The notes beneath the pieces are model-generated. The model did no database searches, was not told the origin of the DNA, and saw only the letters and a program-made list of their open reading frames with translations. Shown here piece after piece: positions 38,684 through 47,577 of a stretch of DNA of 64,000 bases. Made by a program: the position numbers and the translations under genes. The stretch is taken from positions 7,074 to 71,073 of the forward strand of contig LCKS01000002.1 in NCBI GenBank assembly GCA_001001555.1, written 5' to 3'. Positions within the stretch are counted from its first letter, which is position 1. Each line of letters opens with the position of its first letter. The stretch is from Candidatus Amesbacteria bacterium GW2011_GWC2_45_19. Lineage in GTDB: Bacteria; Patescibacteriota; Microgenomatia; CAZETR01; Amesbacteraceae.

Positions 38684-39768
38684 AAATCGCTCTATTTCAT
38701 AATCTTCCACCGGGTGGGGCCAAACGCACAGTCTATGAACAAGTTAAGCATTTAAGTCAAAAACACGAGCTGCGTCTTTTTCAATTATCCAATACCAACG
38801 AGGATTTTTTGTCGCTGTACCCCTTCGTAAAATCAAAAAAAACTTATCCTTTCTCCCTTTCGTCGAACCGTTTACGAGCCGACTATCAGAAATTTTTTGT
38901 CCTGCCCCAAATCCATCGTCGCATGGCTCAAGATACCGAAGGTGCCGACGTCGCCCTCATCCACGCCGACCTCTATACCCAGGCTCCGCACATCTTATGT
39001 TTTCTGAAAATCCCCAGTTTGTATTTTTGCCAGGAAATGCTGCGCATTGCCTACGAACCGGAATTGGCCTTTACCGACCGCGTCTCATTTCCCAAAAGAT
39101 ATTACGAAGTTTTAACGCGCCAAATCAGAAAATTCGTAGACAGGTCAAATGCCCAATCCGCCTCCATGATTTTAACCAACTCCGGTTTTACGGGGGCAAA
39201 AGTGCAAAAAGAATTTAATAGACCGGCCCTTACCTGTCATCTGGGTGTCGATCCCCAGGTTTTTTACCCCCAAGACCTGCCCAAAAAAACCCAGGTTCTC
39301 TTCATCGATCAAAAAGACAAAATTTCCGGTTACGATTTTGTTCTCCAGGTCCTAAACTTAATCCCCCCTCAAAATCGGCCAAAATTAAGGATCCTAAGTT
39401 TTTCCAAAGGCGCGCCGGCCGTTTTGCCCCAAAACATGGCCAAATATTACTCCGAGTCGCTGGCCACCCTCTGTACCAGTTACAACGAACCGTTCGGACT
39501 GGCTCCCATCGAGTCCATGGCCTGCGGAACTCCGGTTTTGGCCGTTAACGATGGCGGATACCAGGAGACGGTTTTAGACGGCCTCACCGGTTGGCTGCTT
39601 CCGCGAGATCCAAAAGCTTTTACCAAAAAAATCGCTTTTTTACATCGTCATCCTCAAAAAGCTCATCAAATGGGTCTTGCCGGTCGAAAACATGTGATCA
39701 AAAACTTTACTTGGGCCAAACATAACTCCATCGTCGAATCAGCCCTATGCCATCTCGCGTCTCGATAA
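38680..39768 (+). CDS. glycosyltransferase family 1 (GT4)
   Basis: EPFGLAPIESMACGTPVLAVNDGGYQETV motif. Confidence 0.8.
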   Translation: MKIALFHNLPPGGAKRTVYEQVKHLSQKHELRLFQLSNTNEDFLSLYPFVKSKKTYPFSLSSNRLRADYQKFFVLPQIHRRMAQDTEGADVALIHADLYTQAPHILCFLKIPSLYFCQEMLRIAYEPELAFTDRVSFPKRYYEVLTRQIRKFVDRSNAQSASMILTNSGFTGAKVQKEFNRPALTCHLGVDPQVFYPQDLPKKTQVLFIDQKDKISGYDFVLQVLNLIPPQNRPKLRILSFSKGAPAVLPQNMAKYYSESLATLCTSYNEPFGLAPIESMACGTPVLAVNDGGYQETVLDGLTGWLLPRDPKAFTKKIAFLHRHPQKAHQMGLAGRKHVIKNFTWAKHNSIVESALCHLASR

Positions 39769-41447
39769 TTATCGTCAAATACCGGGCGGCCGCAGAATTA
39801 GCTGCTTGTTTACCCAGTCTGAAAAAATATCATGTCATCATCGTCGACAACGACAAAATAAACCGGGGTTATGCCGCCGGCAACAATCTGGGGGCTAAAA
39901 GTGCCAAAGGGGAATACTTGCTCATTCTCAATCCGGACACGGTCGTTTCCCCCGGCGCCATCGAATTATTAGCCACTTTTCTGGACACTCATCCCCAAGC
40001 CGGAATTGTCGCTCCGTTTCTTCTTGACCCAGCCGGCCGGCCCTATCCTTTGCAAGGCACCCGGGAGCTCACGCCCCTCACTGGTCTGGTCGCTCTCTCG
40101 TTTCTGAACCAGATTCCTAATCCCATTTCCCGCCATTACTGGCTGGCCGATTGGGACAAACGCCAGCCGCGCCAAGTAGACGTCGTCCCCGGCACAGCTT
40201 TTCTTATTCGCAAGCAAATTTATGACCAACTCGGCGGATTCGATGAAAACTTCTTCCTCTATTTTGAAGAAGCCGATCTCTGCCGCCGTGTCCGGCATGC
40301 GGGCTGGGAAATTTACATGTATCCGCCGGCCAAAATTATGCATTACTGGGGCGCCAGTACCCCAAAATCTGCCCGTATCCAGGCCATTTTCTCCGCTTCC
40401 CGTTTTTACTACTTTCGCAAGCATTTCGGCCTGCTTTGGGCCATCGTAGTCCATCTCGTTTGTTCTTTTTCTCTCCTCTGGCTGGCGGTTATTTTAGGAG
40501 CCGCCCTGCGTTTCTACCGGTTTCCTGGCCTTATGCCCTTTATCGGCGACCAGGCCTGGTACTATTTGGCCGCCCGCGACGCTCTTCTGGGCGGGAGATT
40601 GCCCTTGTTGGGCATCACCGCCAGCATCACCTGGCTACATCAAGGCCCACTTTGGACTTATCTCCTGGTTCCCTTGATTGCCCACCCCGTCCTCCCAGCC
40701 ATCCTGACCTCAATCATGGGCGTGGTCTCCGTTTATTTAATTTACTTCCTAGGTGGCTGGCCAGCCTCTCTGCTATTAGCCGTTCTGCCATTAGCCGTTC
40801 TCCAATCCCGCATGCCCTACCACACATCTCTCATTCCTCTATTTTCTATTCTCTTTCTCCTATTTTTACGTCGTCATAAAGATTTCCTCGCCGGCCTCTT
40901 CCTCGGCTTCCTCTATCAATTGCACCTGCTCACATTCATCTTCTGGCCAATTATGTTTTGGCGCCGCCGCCTCATCCCCGGTTTTATTCTGGGGATTCTC
41001 CCTTTTTTACTAGTGGGACCAGTCCAAACATTTGGAATTCTCGCCTGGATCGCCAAGCATTCTCTCGCCGGTTTCGGCGGCTCCACCATCTCCACAGCCT
41101 ACCTCGTCGTCCTCCTCGTCCCCGCCATCCTCGTTGTCTCTTGGTTTCTCAATCGCCTTCCAAAGTTTATCGGGATTTTGATAATTGTGATTTATTTGGG
41201 ATTTAGTTATTCGAATTTAGATATTGGTTCATCTTTATCTAGCAGAATCGTTCTATCTAAAGCAATTTTGAGGGAGAGCGGCACTGACGCTCCGGAAATT
41301 GTCATGTCCGGTCCCGGTTCCAAATTTCGCTCCTACTCCATGCCCTACGAATACCTCGTCTGGTGGCTGTCCCGTTCCACCTCTCCAGAGGGCTCTCACA
41401 CAAAATTCCTTATCCATGAGTCCTCTCAAACTTTCGAACAGCTTTGA
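39747..41447 (+). CDS. GT2 glycosyltransferase fused to a C-terminal polytopic membrane domain
   Basis: N-terminal VSIIIVKY...DNDKINRGYAAGNNLG...LLILNPDTVV GT2 core then about 300 aa hydrophobic domain. Confidence 0.7.
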   Translation: MPSRVSIIIVKYRAAAELAACLPSLKKYHVIIVDNDKINRGYAAGNNLGAKSAKGEYLLILNPDTVVSPGAIELLATFLDTHPQAGIVAPFLLDPAGRPYPLQGTRELTPLTGLVALSFLNQIPNPISRHYWLADWDKRQPRQVDVVPGTAFLIRKQIYDQLGGFDENFFLYFEEADLCRRVRHAGWEIYMYPPAKIMHYWGASTPKSARIQAIFSASRFYYFRKHFGLLWAIVVHLVCSFSLLWLAVILGAALRFYRFPGLMPFIGDQAWYYLAARDALLGGRLPLLGITASITWLHQGPLWTYLLVPLIAHPVLPAILTSIMGVVSVYLIYFLGGWPASLLLAVLPLAVLQSRMPYHTSLIPLFSILFLLFLRRHKDFLAGLFLGFLYQLHLLTFIFWPIMFWRRRLIPGFILGILPFLLVGPVQTFGILAWIAKHSLAGFGGSTISTAYLVVLLVPAILVVSWFLNRLPKFIGILIIVIYLGFSYSNLDIGSSLSSRIVLSKAILRESGTDAPEIVMSGPGSKFRSYSMPYEYLVWWLSRSTSPEGSHTKFLIHESSQTFEQL

Positions 41448-41465
41448 AGGGCCACGCCTTTTTGA
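41446..41465. repeat. REP-like palindrome (left flank of RAYT): GAAGGGCCACGCCTTTTTGA
   Basis: Inverted copy of 42168-42200; core AAGGGC-CAC-GCCTTT hairpin. Confidence 0.75.
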
Positions 41466-41477
41466 TATAGTTAGACC

Positions 41478-42167
41478 ATGCCAGCCAAAAATACCAGAAA
41501 ACAATTCATAGAAAACTCTTATTATCATATTTACAACAGAGGAGTCGAAAAACGGCAAATATTCATGGACGATATGGATTATTCAGTATTCATTTCATAC
41601 TTAAAAAGTTACTTGCTGCCCAAAAGCGAAGAGTTTTTGCACGGCATATTTTCAAATGAAAGTTCGACACCCAAGCAAAAGGCCGACGCCCTCAAACTAT
41701 TAAGGCTTAATAATTTCTCTGAGACAATTTCACTCACTGCCTACTGCCTGATGGGTAACCATTTCCATTTTTTGGTTAAACAAACTATGGCAGACGGTAT
41801 TGATAAATTCATGAATTCGTTGATGACTAGGTACACCATGTATTTCAATCGCAGACACAAGCGGGTCGGCCATTTGTTCCAAGGAAATTACAAAGCAGTA
41901 TTGGTCGAGACTGAAGCGCAGTTACTGCACCTCACCCGCTATATCCATCAAAATCCAGCCTCGAAAGGCCACGCCTTTCAAACTCATCCATACTCATCCT
42001 ATCAACAATATGTTTCGTCAGCACGCCTCGAATGGATAAAACCAGATGAAGTTCTCAACTATTTTTCCAAGCAAGGCTTTAATTCATACGCAGCTTTCGT
42101 TGGAGATACTCATATTTACGATTCTTTGATGATCATCTCCGGATTAACTTTAAGTGAATCAGACTAG
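41478..42167 (+). mobile_element. REP-associated tyrosine transposase (RAYT, IS200/IS605 TnpA-like HUH Y1 enzyme)
   Basis: YHIYNRGVEKRQIF, HUH motif YCLMGNHFHFLV and catalytic-Tyr region RYIHQNP; flanked by inverted REP hairpins; contains one REP copy internally (41963-41983). Confidence 0.8.
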
Positions 42168-42200
42168 ATCAAAAAGGCGTGGCCTTTCAAACCTTTCAAA
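42168..42200. repeat. REP-like palindrome (right flank of RAYT, inverted orientation): ATCAAAAAGGCGTGGCCTTTCAAACCTTTCAAA
   Basis: Reverse complement matches 41446-41465 with one mismatch; AAAGGC-GTG-GCCTTT hairpin. Confidence 0.75.
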
Positions 42201-42225
42201 CTTTCAGAAGTGTTAAAATGATTGT

Positions 42226-42978
42226 ATGTTAACTGGGATTGTGCTCACTCATAACGAAGAGAAGAATATTGCCCGGTGTTTGGAATCCTTAAAATTTTGC
42301 GACGCGGTTTTAGTGGTTGACAGCGGTTCAACAGATAAAACCATGTCTTTGGCCAAAAAAGCCGGAGCCACAGTTGTTAACCATCCTCTGGATGGCAACT
42401 ATGCTGCCCAGCGCAATTGGGCTCTCTCCCAAGCCAAAACTCCCTGGGTGTTATTTGTGGACGCCGACGAAATGGTTTCCGTCAAATTGGGCGAAGAGAT
42501 CACATCCGCCGTCAAAAAAATCGAATACAAAGGGTTTTTAATCCCCCGGATAGATTACATGTGGGGCAAGAAGCTGTCCCACGGAGACGTGGGCGGAGCT
42601 AGATTCTTGCGTCTAGCCCGCCGCGGAGCCGGCGAGTGGCACGGCGCGGTTCATGAAACCTGGGCCATCGAGGGCAACATAGGGACACTCAAGCACCCCA
42701 TCTTTCACTATCCTCACCCTACTCTAGTTGAGTTCTTGCAAGAGATTAACCGCTACTCTTCCATCCGGGCCCAAGAACTCCACCGCGCTGGCCAGCGGGC
42801 CAATTTATTCCAAATCATTCTTTACCCATCGGCCAAATTTTTGTGGCTTTGGATTTGGAAATTGGGATTTGCGGATGGTACCACCGGTTTTGTCCACGCC
42901 ATGACCATGGCCTTCTACAGTTTCCTGGTTAGGGGTAAACTATGGTTATTTCAAAAAGGAGTAACGTCCCCCTCTTAA
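42226..42978 (+). CDS. glycosyltransferase family 2
   Basis: IVLTHNEEKNIARCLESL...VVDSGSTDKT...FVDADE GT2 motifs. Confidence 0.8.
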   Translation: MLTGIVLTHNEEKNIARCLESLKFCDAVLVVDSGSTDKTMSLAKKAGATVVNHPLDGNYAAQRNWALSQAKTPWVLFVDADEMVSVKLGEEITSAVKKIEYKGFLIPRIDYMWGKKLSHGDVGGARFLRLARRGAGEWHGAVHETWAIEGNIGTLKHPIFHYPHPTLVEFLQEINRYSSIRAQELHRAGQRANLFQIILYPSAKFLWLWIWKLGFADGTTGFVHAMTMAFYSFLVRGKLWLFQKGVTSPS

Positions 42979-42990
42979 GGTAAGAGGGGG
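42968..42990. repeat. perfect hairpin CCCCCTCTTA-agg-TAAGAGGGGG overlapping the GT2 stop codon (CCCTCTCC family variant / terminator-like)
   Basis: 10-bp perfect stem, 3-nt loop read from sequence, followed by GGGGGTG as in other family members. Confidence 0.7.
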
Positions 42991-43005
42991 ATCAGAGGGG
43001 GTGTT

Positions 43006-44148
43006 ATGAGCGGTTGGATTGCAATTTTGCTGGCTTTGGGTTTTGCTTTCGGCAACCTGTATAAATTTTCATTCTTTTCAGCCGAGGTGCGTATTTCAGC
43101 CCTGGATATCGTGGTTTTTACTCTCACTCTTCTGGCATTACCTGTAAATCTCAAAAAATACCGGTATTTGGTCATCCCCATCACCGTTTTTTTCACAGTC
43201 GGTTTAGTAAGTCTGATTTTTGCCCTTCCCGCCTACGGTTGGCAGGCAATTTTCGTCGGATCCATGTATTTAACCCGTTGGACTGTCTACAGCCTATTTT
43301 TTGCTTCAATAATTCAATTAATTAAATCGTCCAAGATCGTTCACTTATTGTACTCGTTAGGCATAATCACGGCTATTTTGGGATTGGCCCAATATTTGGT
43401 TTTCCCGGATGTCCGGGCTCTAGCTGTAGCCGAATGGGACCCCCATTATTTCCGGGTGGTCGGTACCTTCCTCGATCCCGGTTTCACAGGTTTAATTTTG
43501 GTTTTCACTCTCATTTTTTTAACACTGAATCCGCTCAAAAATCGCTTAATTAACTTAATTTCTTGGTCTGCTTCATATCTTGCGTTTGCCCTGACCTACT
43601 CCCGCAGCAGCTACGCCGCTTTCCTGGTTTCCATGACCTATATCGCTTGGCGCCGCAAGTCGCTTAAATTTTTTTTATTTATAATTATTCTGTTCCTCAC
43701 CACTGTCTACGCACTACCCCGTTCACCGGGTGGGGAGGGCGTAGATTTAGAGCGCACCAGCTCCATCCAGGCTAGAATTGACAGCTGGACCACCGCCTGG
43801 AGGATTTTTACCCGGCATCCCGTTTTGGGAGTGGGTTTCAACACCTACCGCTATGCCCAGGGAGCCAGCCTCACATCCCACGCCGGAGCCGGCGCCGACT
43901 CCTCGCTACTCTTTGTAGCCGCCACCACCGGCCTGGCGGGCCTGCTGGCCTATCTCTGGTATATTAAACGGCTTTTTTCCTTAATTCCTAACTCCTATCT
44001 CCTGGCTCTTCTGGTCCACTCTATATTTTTAAACTCCCTCTTTTATCCCGCCGTTATGGTCTGGATAGCTCTACTTCTTTCCGTGTCTGATTCCCCGCCC
44101 GGTCAACCGTCACCAGCACCAGCACTTTCTCGTCGGGATTCAAATTGA
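43006..44148 (+). CDS. O-antigen ligase/polymerase-like membrane protein (Wzy_C family)
   Basis: Polytopic; loop motif RIDSWTTAWRIFTRHPVLGVGFNTYRY typical of Wzy_C. Confidence 0.6.
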   Translation: MSGWIAILLALGFAFGNLYKFSFFSAEVRISALDIVVFTLTLLALPVNLKKYRYLVIPITVFFTVGLVSLIFALPAYGWQAIFVGSMYLTRWTVYSLFFASIIQLIKSSKIVHLLYSLGIITAILGLAQYLVFPDVRALAVAEWDPHYFRVVGTFLDPGFTGLILVFTLIFLTLNPLKNRLINLISWSASYLAFALTYSRSSYAAFLVSMTYIAWRRKSLKFFLFIIILFLTTVYALPRSPGGEGVDLERTSSIQARIDSWTTAWRIFTRHPVLGVGFNTYRYAQGASLTSHAGAGADSSLLFVAATTGLAGLLAYLWYIKRLFSLIPNSYLLALLVHSIFLNSLFYPAVMVWIALLLSVSDSPPGQPSPAPALSRRDSN

Positions 44149-44737
44149 TAGTCGTGGCAAATTTTCCCCCTTGCCCGATAATAATCAGCCGATCGTTGGC
44201 CGTCAATCTCACCCCGCTGGTCGTCCCCTTTATCTCCACTTTATTATCAGCCACCATCGACGTCTCCACCGTCAATTCCGGAGGTTTGTTGGAGTAATAC
44301 ACGTCTACCTCGGTCGAAGCATTGCCCTTGTTTCCCACCTGGTCTATAGCCACTGCGATGAGCGTGTTGTCCCCGTCTTTCAGGTTGATATTTCCCAGAG
44401 TAAATATTCCGTCGTCCTTAGCCACCACATTTCCCACACTTTCCCCATTTAAAGTCAGGTACACCGTTGACCCCGCCTCGGAACTACCGGAAATTGTCTG
44501 TCTGGCGCTGTTAGTAGCATCATAAGGTAAAGAAAAACTGGGCGGGGGCGGGGGAATCAGATCGGTTTTATCTACCGGCATTTTAGAGGACTTCAAATCT
44601 CCCAAAAACACCGCCATTTTTACCAGGACCGGAATTCCCCCAAAAACCGCCAACGCCAATAAAACTATCGTTCCCAAAACCAGCAGCACCGCCTTTCTCG
44701 AGTTCCGCCTGTCCTCCAATCGGCTCAACCTGCTCAT
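44054..44737 (-). CDS. hypothetical membrane-anchored secreted protein (beta-rich, Ig-like?)
   Basis: N-terminal TM (AVLLVLGTIVLLALAVFGG) followed by T/V/N-rich beta-strand region; no known motif. Confidence 0.4.
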   Translation of the reverse strand: MSRLSRLEDRRNSRKAVLLVLGTIVLLALAVFGGIPVLVKMAVFLGDLKSSKMPVDKTDLIPPPPPSFSLPYDATNSARQTISGSSEAGSTVYLTLNGESVGNVVAKDDGIFTLGNINLKDGDNTLIAVAIDQVGNKGNASTEVDVYYSNKPPELTVETSMVADNKVEIKGTTSGVRLTANDRLIIIGQGGKFATTINLNPDEKVLVLVTVDRAGNQTRKEVELSRP

Positions 44738-44756
44738 GCTAAAATTATACCACCGT

Positions 44757-44827
44757 GCCTCCTTAGCTTAGTGGTAAAGCGGCGGTATCGTAAACCGCGG
44801 ACGCTAGTCCGATTCTAGCAGGAGGCT
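44757..44827 (+). tRNA. tRNA-Thr (anticodon CGU), no encoded CCA
   Basis: Hand-folded: acceptor GCCTCCT/AGGAGGC, D-arm GCTT-AGTGGTA-AAGC, anticodon stem GCGGT/ACCGC loop ATCGTAA, T-arm GCTAG-TCCGATT-CTAGC (unusual C at position 55). Confidence 0.65.
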
Positions 44828-45095
44828 CTGCGCCTCGTCCTCGCAGAGCGAGAGACGGGCGGCACAAACTTATGTATACCGTCTACGTTTTAAAAAGTCT
44901 GAAAGATGGAAGGAAAATATTAGAAGAACCAAACAATTCTATATCAGTCGATGATTATATAGCCGCCAGATGGGGAGAAAAAAAGCATGTAGGTCAGTCT
45001 ACCCCCACTGGGTTGAAGTAGACACACCAAACAAAATTATCATTGTCACCCGCATCAAGCACTGTAAAGACGTGTACAGATAGCACAGATAGCAG

Positions 45096-45120
45096 CTTTG
45101 AAAGGCCACGCCTTTCAAAG
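45096..45120. repeat. REP-like palindrome CTTTGAAAGGC-CAC-GCCTTTCAAAG
   Basis: Perfect 11-bp arms; same family as RAYT flanks; overlaps the stop region of the 45115-46248 gene. Confidence 0.8.
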
Positions 45121-46248
45121 CCCCTCCACCTCCGGAAGCTCCAGGGGTTTGATCTCTTGAAGTTCTCTCCCTGTTACGGCCTGCAATTCACCATACATCC
45201 CGTGAGTGTTGTCGATAATCTTGCGCAATTCCTTTTCCTGCCTCGCCCATTTCAGATTAAACCAGCGTTTTTCTTTCTCTATATCTCCCTGCAAATTATT
45301 AAAAGCCTCGACAATGGCTTCAATCCTGTGAGTAAACTCCACACTCCTTAGATATTGGTACAGCACCTCCATTTTTTCATTTTTTCCCACATTAGCCAAT
45401 TTTTCAAAATGGATATGGATTAAATCAAACCGCAGAGCCATCGCCAACCCCCTGGCGGATTTTAAGGTTGTTACCCAAACATTTTCTCTGTAAACAAACG
45501 TCTCGATGTCTTCGGGAGGATTAGCTACCACCAAAACTGCCAGTTGCGCCCCGGCTGCTCTTTGATCTTCCCTTAATTTCTTCAGCCACCCGTCGCTCCA
45601 TTGCGCGTTTTTAGACTCCCATAAGATCATTCCGCATTCACGGCCCAGCTTATCAACCACCGTTTGGGAAATATCTGCGCCCCGTTCTCCTTTCTTAATT
45701 TCGGCTATCCTGTCTTCGGGAAACTCTCTCCTCAAGGTTTGTTCCAGCCCCAATTCCATCACTTCTCCTTGGCCTTGTTGGGATCCCTGCTCTAATTTGC
45801 GCTTCAGCTCATCGTTCATTTTTAATGCATCTTGCAGTTTCTTGTCTTTTTCAGCGTCTTTTAATTGATGCTCTTCATCGGCTTTTTTCCTGGCCTCTTG
45901 CCGTATTTTATCTTCCTCTTCGGCTAGTTTTTTCTGCATTTCCAGCTTCGCGTCATCTTTTTCCTGCCTGGCTTTGCGCAGTTCTTTCGTTAAATCTCCC
46001 AATTGCTCCTGCAGCTTTTTATTTCTTTCCTTCTCATCCACCTCCGCCTCCTGCAACCGTTTGATAGCCGACTCAAAATCAGCCTTGACCTTTGCGGCGG
46101 TCGTTTCTTCGGCTTGCCGGCGGGCGGCTTCTAAATCCTTTTGGTGTTTAACTCTTTCAGTTTGCAGAACCTGTTCGGAAATTTGATGTTCCAAAGCCTC
46201 GGAAATTTCAATCTCCTGCCCGCAATTTTTACATTTAATAGTGCTCAT
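45115..46248 (-). CDS. Zn-ribbon / coiled-coil / C-terminal PD-(D/E)xK-like nuclease-fold protein (DUF2130-like)
   Basis: N-terminal CxxC...(KCKNCGQ), long E/K-rich coiled coil, C-terminal GADISQ...ILWESKNAQ resembling D...ExK restriction-endonuclease-like motif. Confidence 0.4.
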   Translation of the reverse strand: MSTIKCKNCGQEIEISEALEHQISEQVLQTERVKHQKDLEAARRQAEETTAAKVKADFESAIKRLQEAEVDEKERNKKLQEQLGDLTKELRKARQEKDDAKLEMQKKLAEEEDKIRQEARKKADEEHQLKDAEKDKKLQDALKMNDELKRKLEQGSQQGQGEVMELGLEQTLRREFPEDRIAEIKKGERGADISQTVVDKLGRECGMILWESKNAQWSDGWLKKLREDQRAAGAQLAVLVVANPPEDIETFVYRENVWVTTLKSARGLAMALRFDLIHIHFEKLANVGKNEKMEVLYQYLRSVEFTHRIEAIVEAFNNLQGDIEKEKRWFNLKWARQEKELRKIIDNTHGMYGELQAVTGRELQEIKPLELPEVEGL

Positions 46249-46249
46249 A

Positions 46250-46903
46250 TCAAGGCACTTCCACTACTCCCTCCAGCCCCACGGGCAGATCTTTTAGCTC
46301 ATCAGCCGTTAAATCCACTACCCAGTCTCCACCGGCCAGCATTTTCGGCAAGCTCGCCTGGCCAAAGATCTTTTTGCCCAATTTTGGTAAATCAACCGGC
46401 AACTTCACCGGGTTGGCAAATCTCCGGCATTCATGAGGCTCAATTTTGATCCGGAAAATCACAGACACCGTGTCCAAAATTATCACCGAGTTAGCCGCCG
46501 GAGCAACATTCAGTCCCACCGCGCACCCGCCCATATCCAAAATCACTCCCGCCACCGGCGAAGTCAAATCGGCCTGATCCAGGCGGTATTTGGCCTGCTC
46601 CACTTCTTTAACCGAGGCGTCTAAGCTCGCCTGTTGGCTGGATTTATTGTACCGGGTAATGTCATCCCCGGGATTTTTAAAGCGGATGTTAAATATCTCA
46701 AAATCCGCCCGCACCTGCTGGTTTTGGGCCAATTGCCGGTCCAAATCCGCCTGCAGTATCTGCCGGTCCAGCGAGGCGATAATCTCGCCCTTGCTCACGC
46801 TGTCGCCCGCGTTTTTGCGCAAACTCACCAGTTTTCCGGAGAAGGCAAATCTGGTTTCCACGTTCCGCCCCCACACCTGTCCGGAAAATTTATTACTGGC
46901 CAT
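46250..46903 (-). CDS. truncated HlyD/RND membrane-fusion-protein-like periplasmic adaptor (no N-terminal TM)
   Basis: Biotinyl-lipoyl-like halves (GKLVSLRKNAGDSVSKGEIIASLD; LTSPVAGVILD) and beta-barrel segment; only 217 aa. Confidence 0.5.
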   Translation of the reverse strand: MASNKFSGQVWGRNVETRFAFSGKLVSLRKNAGDSVSKGEIIASLDRQILQADLDRQLAQNQQVRADFEIFNIRFKNPGDDITRYNKSSQQASLDASVKEVEQAKYRLDQADLTSPVAGVILDMGGCAVGLNVAPAANSVIILDTVSVIFRIKIEPHECRRFANPVKLPVDLPKLGKKIFGQASLPKMLAGGDWVVDLTADELKDLPVGLEGVVEVP

Positions 46904-46915
46904 AAAATTACTATA

Positions 46916-47554
46916 TCATGGTTTACAATCTGATCCTTTGACAAATCCGGCTGCCCGCGCTTCTTTTTCGTTGCAAAACCACCCATCGCCTAAATATAAC
47001 TGCACGACGGTATTACCGTATTGTCCGCAACCAGGGTAGCGGTAAAACTTGGTCTCTTTTCCCTGCTGACCAATATTACCTTTGATATTGCACTTGGGTT
47101 GAATAGGATTTACATCTTGGGTACAGCCGGCGCCAAATATTCCTAAGGTACCGGCTCGGGCTTTCTCTCCTGCCTTCAGTAATTCATCTGCGTTAGAATC
47201 CGTGCCTCTGGCAAAATACGCCCAACCCTGCTCCAACATCTTTTTATTGACATAAATATTTCCCGCATATACTTGGCTGACCAGGCGTTTAAATTTATCA
47301 TTAAACACCACTTTTATTTGCAGCCGCTTCCCCAAAATCAACTTCTCCAGAGCTTGTTTGGCTTCGGTGCCGCCGCAATATTTCAACTCCGGGGCATCTA
47401 CACCGGCCAGGCGGACAACCTGTTTTTCCTTGGTTTCAAAAGTGTCCCCGTCTATCACTCGGGCAACCTGATATGTGGTTTTCAAATACACCGCTGCGGC
47501 TAAAACCACCGTCCCTACCACCCCCGCCATTATCTTCCCTTTCATTTTTCCCAC
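46916..47554 (-). CDS. membrane-anchored thermonuclease (SNase family) with Cys-rich C-terminal domain
   Basis: N-terminal TM; VIDGDTF...VRLAGVDAPEL SNase motif; C-terminal CNIKGNI...YRYPGCGQY...WFCNEKEARAAGF domain. Confidence 0.75.
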   Translation of the reverse strand: MGKMKGKIMAGVVGTVVLAAAVYLKTTYQVARVIDGDTFETKEKQVVRLAGVDAPELKYCGGTEAKQALEKLILGKRLQIKVVFNDKFKRLVSQVYAGNIYVNKKMLEQGWAYFARGTDSNADELLKAGEKARAGTLGIFGAGCTQDVNPIQPKCNIKGNIGQQGKETKFYRYPGCGQYGNTVVQLYLGDGWFCNEKEARAAGFVKGSDCKP

Positions 47555-47577
47555 CCTTCTAGTCTAGCACACAACCG

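Noticed and set aside
40436-40879. 147-aa proline/arginine-rich ORF (and 40958-41206, 40222-40449) inside the GT2-membrane fusion gene
   Set aside because: Alternative-frame reading of a GC-rich coding region; the host frame encodes a coherent GT2 plus TM-rich protein.
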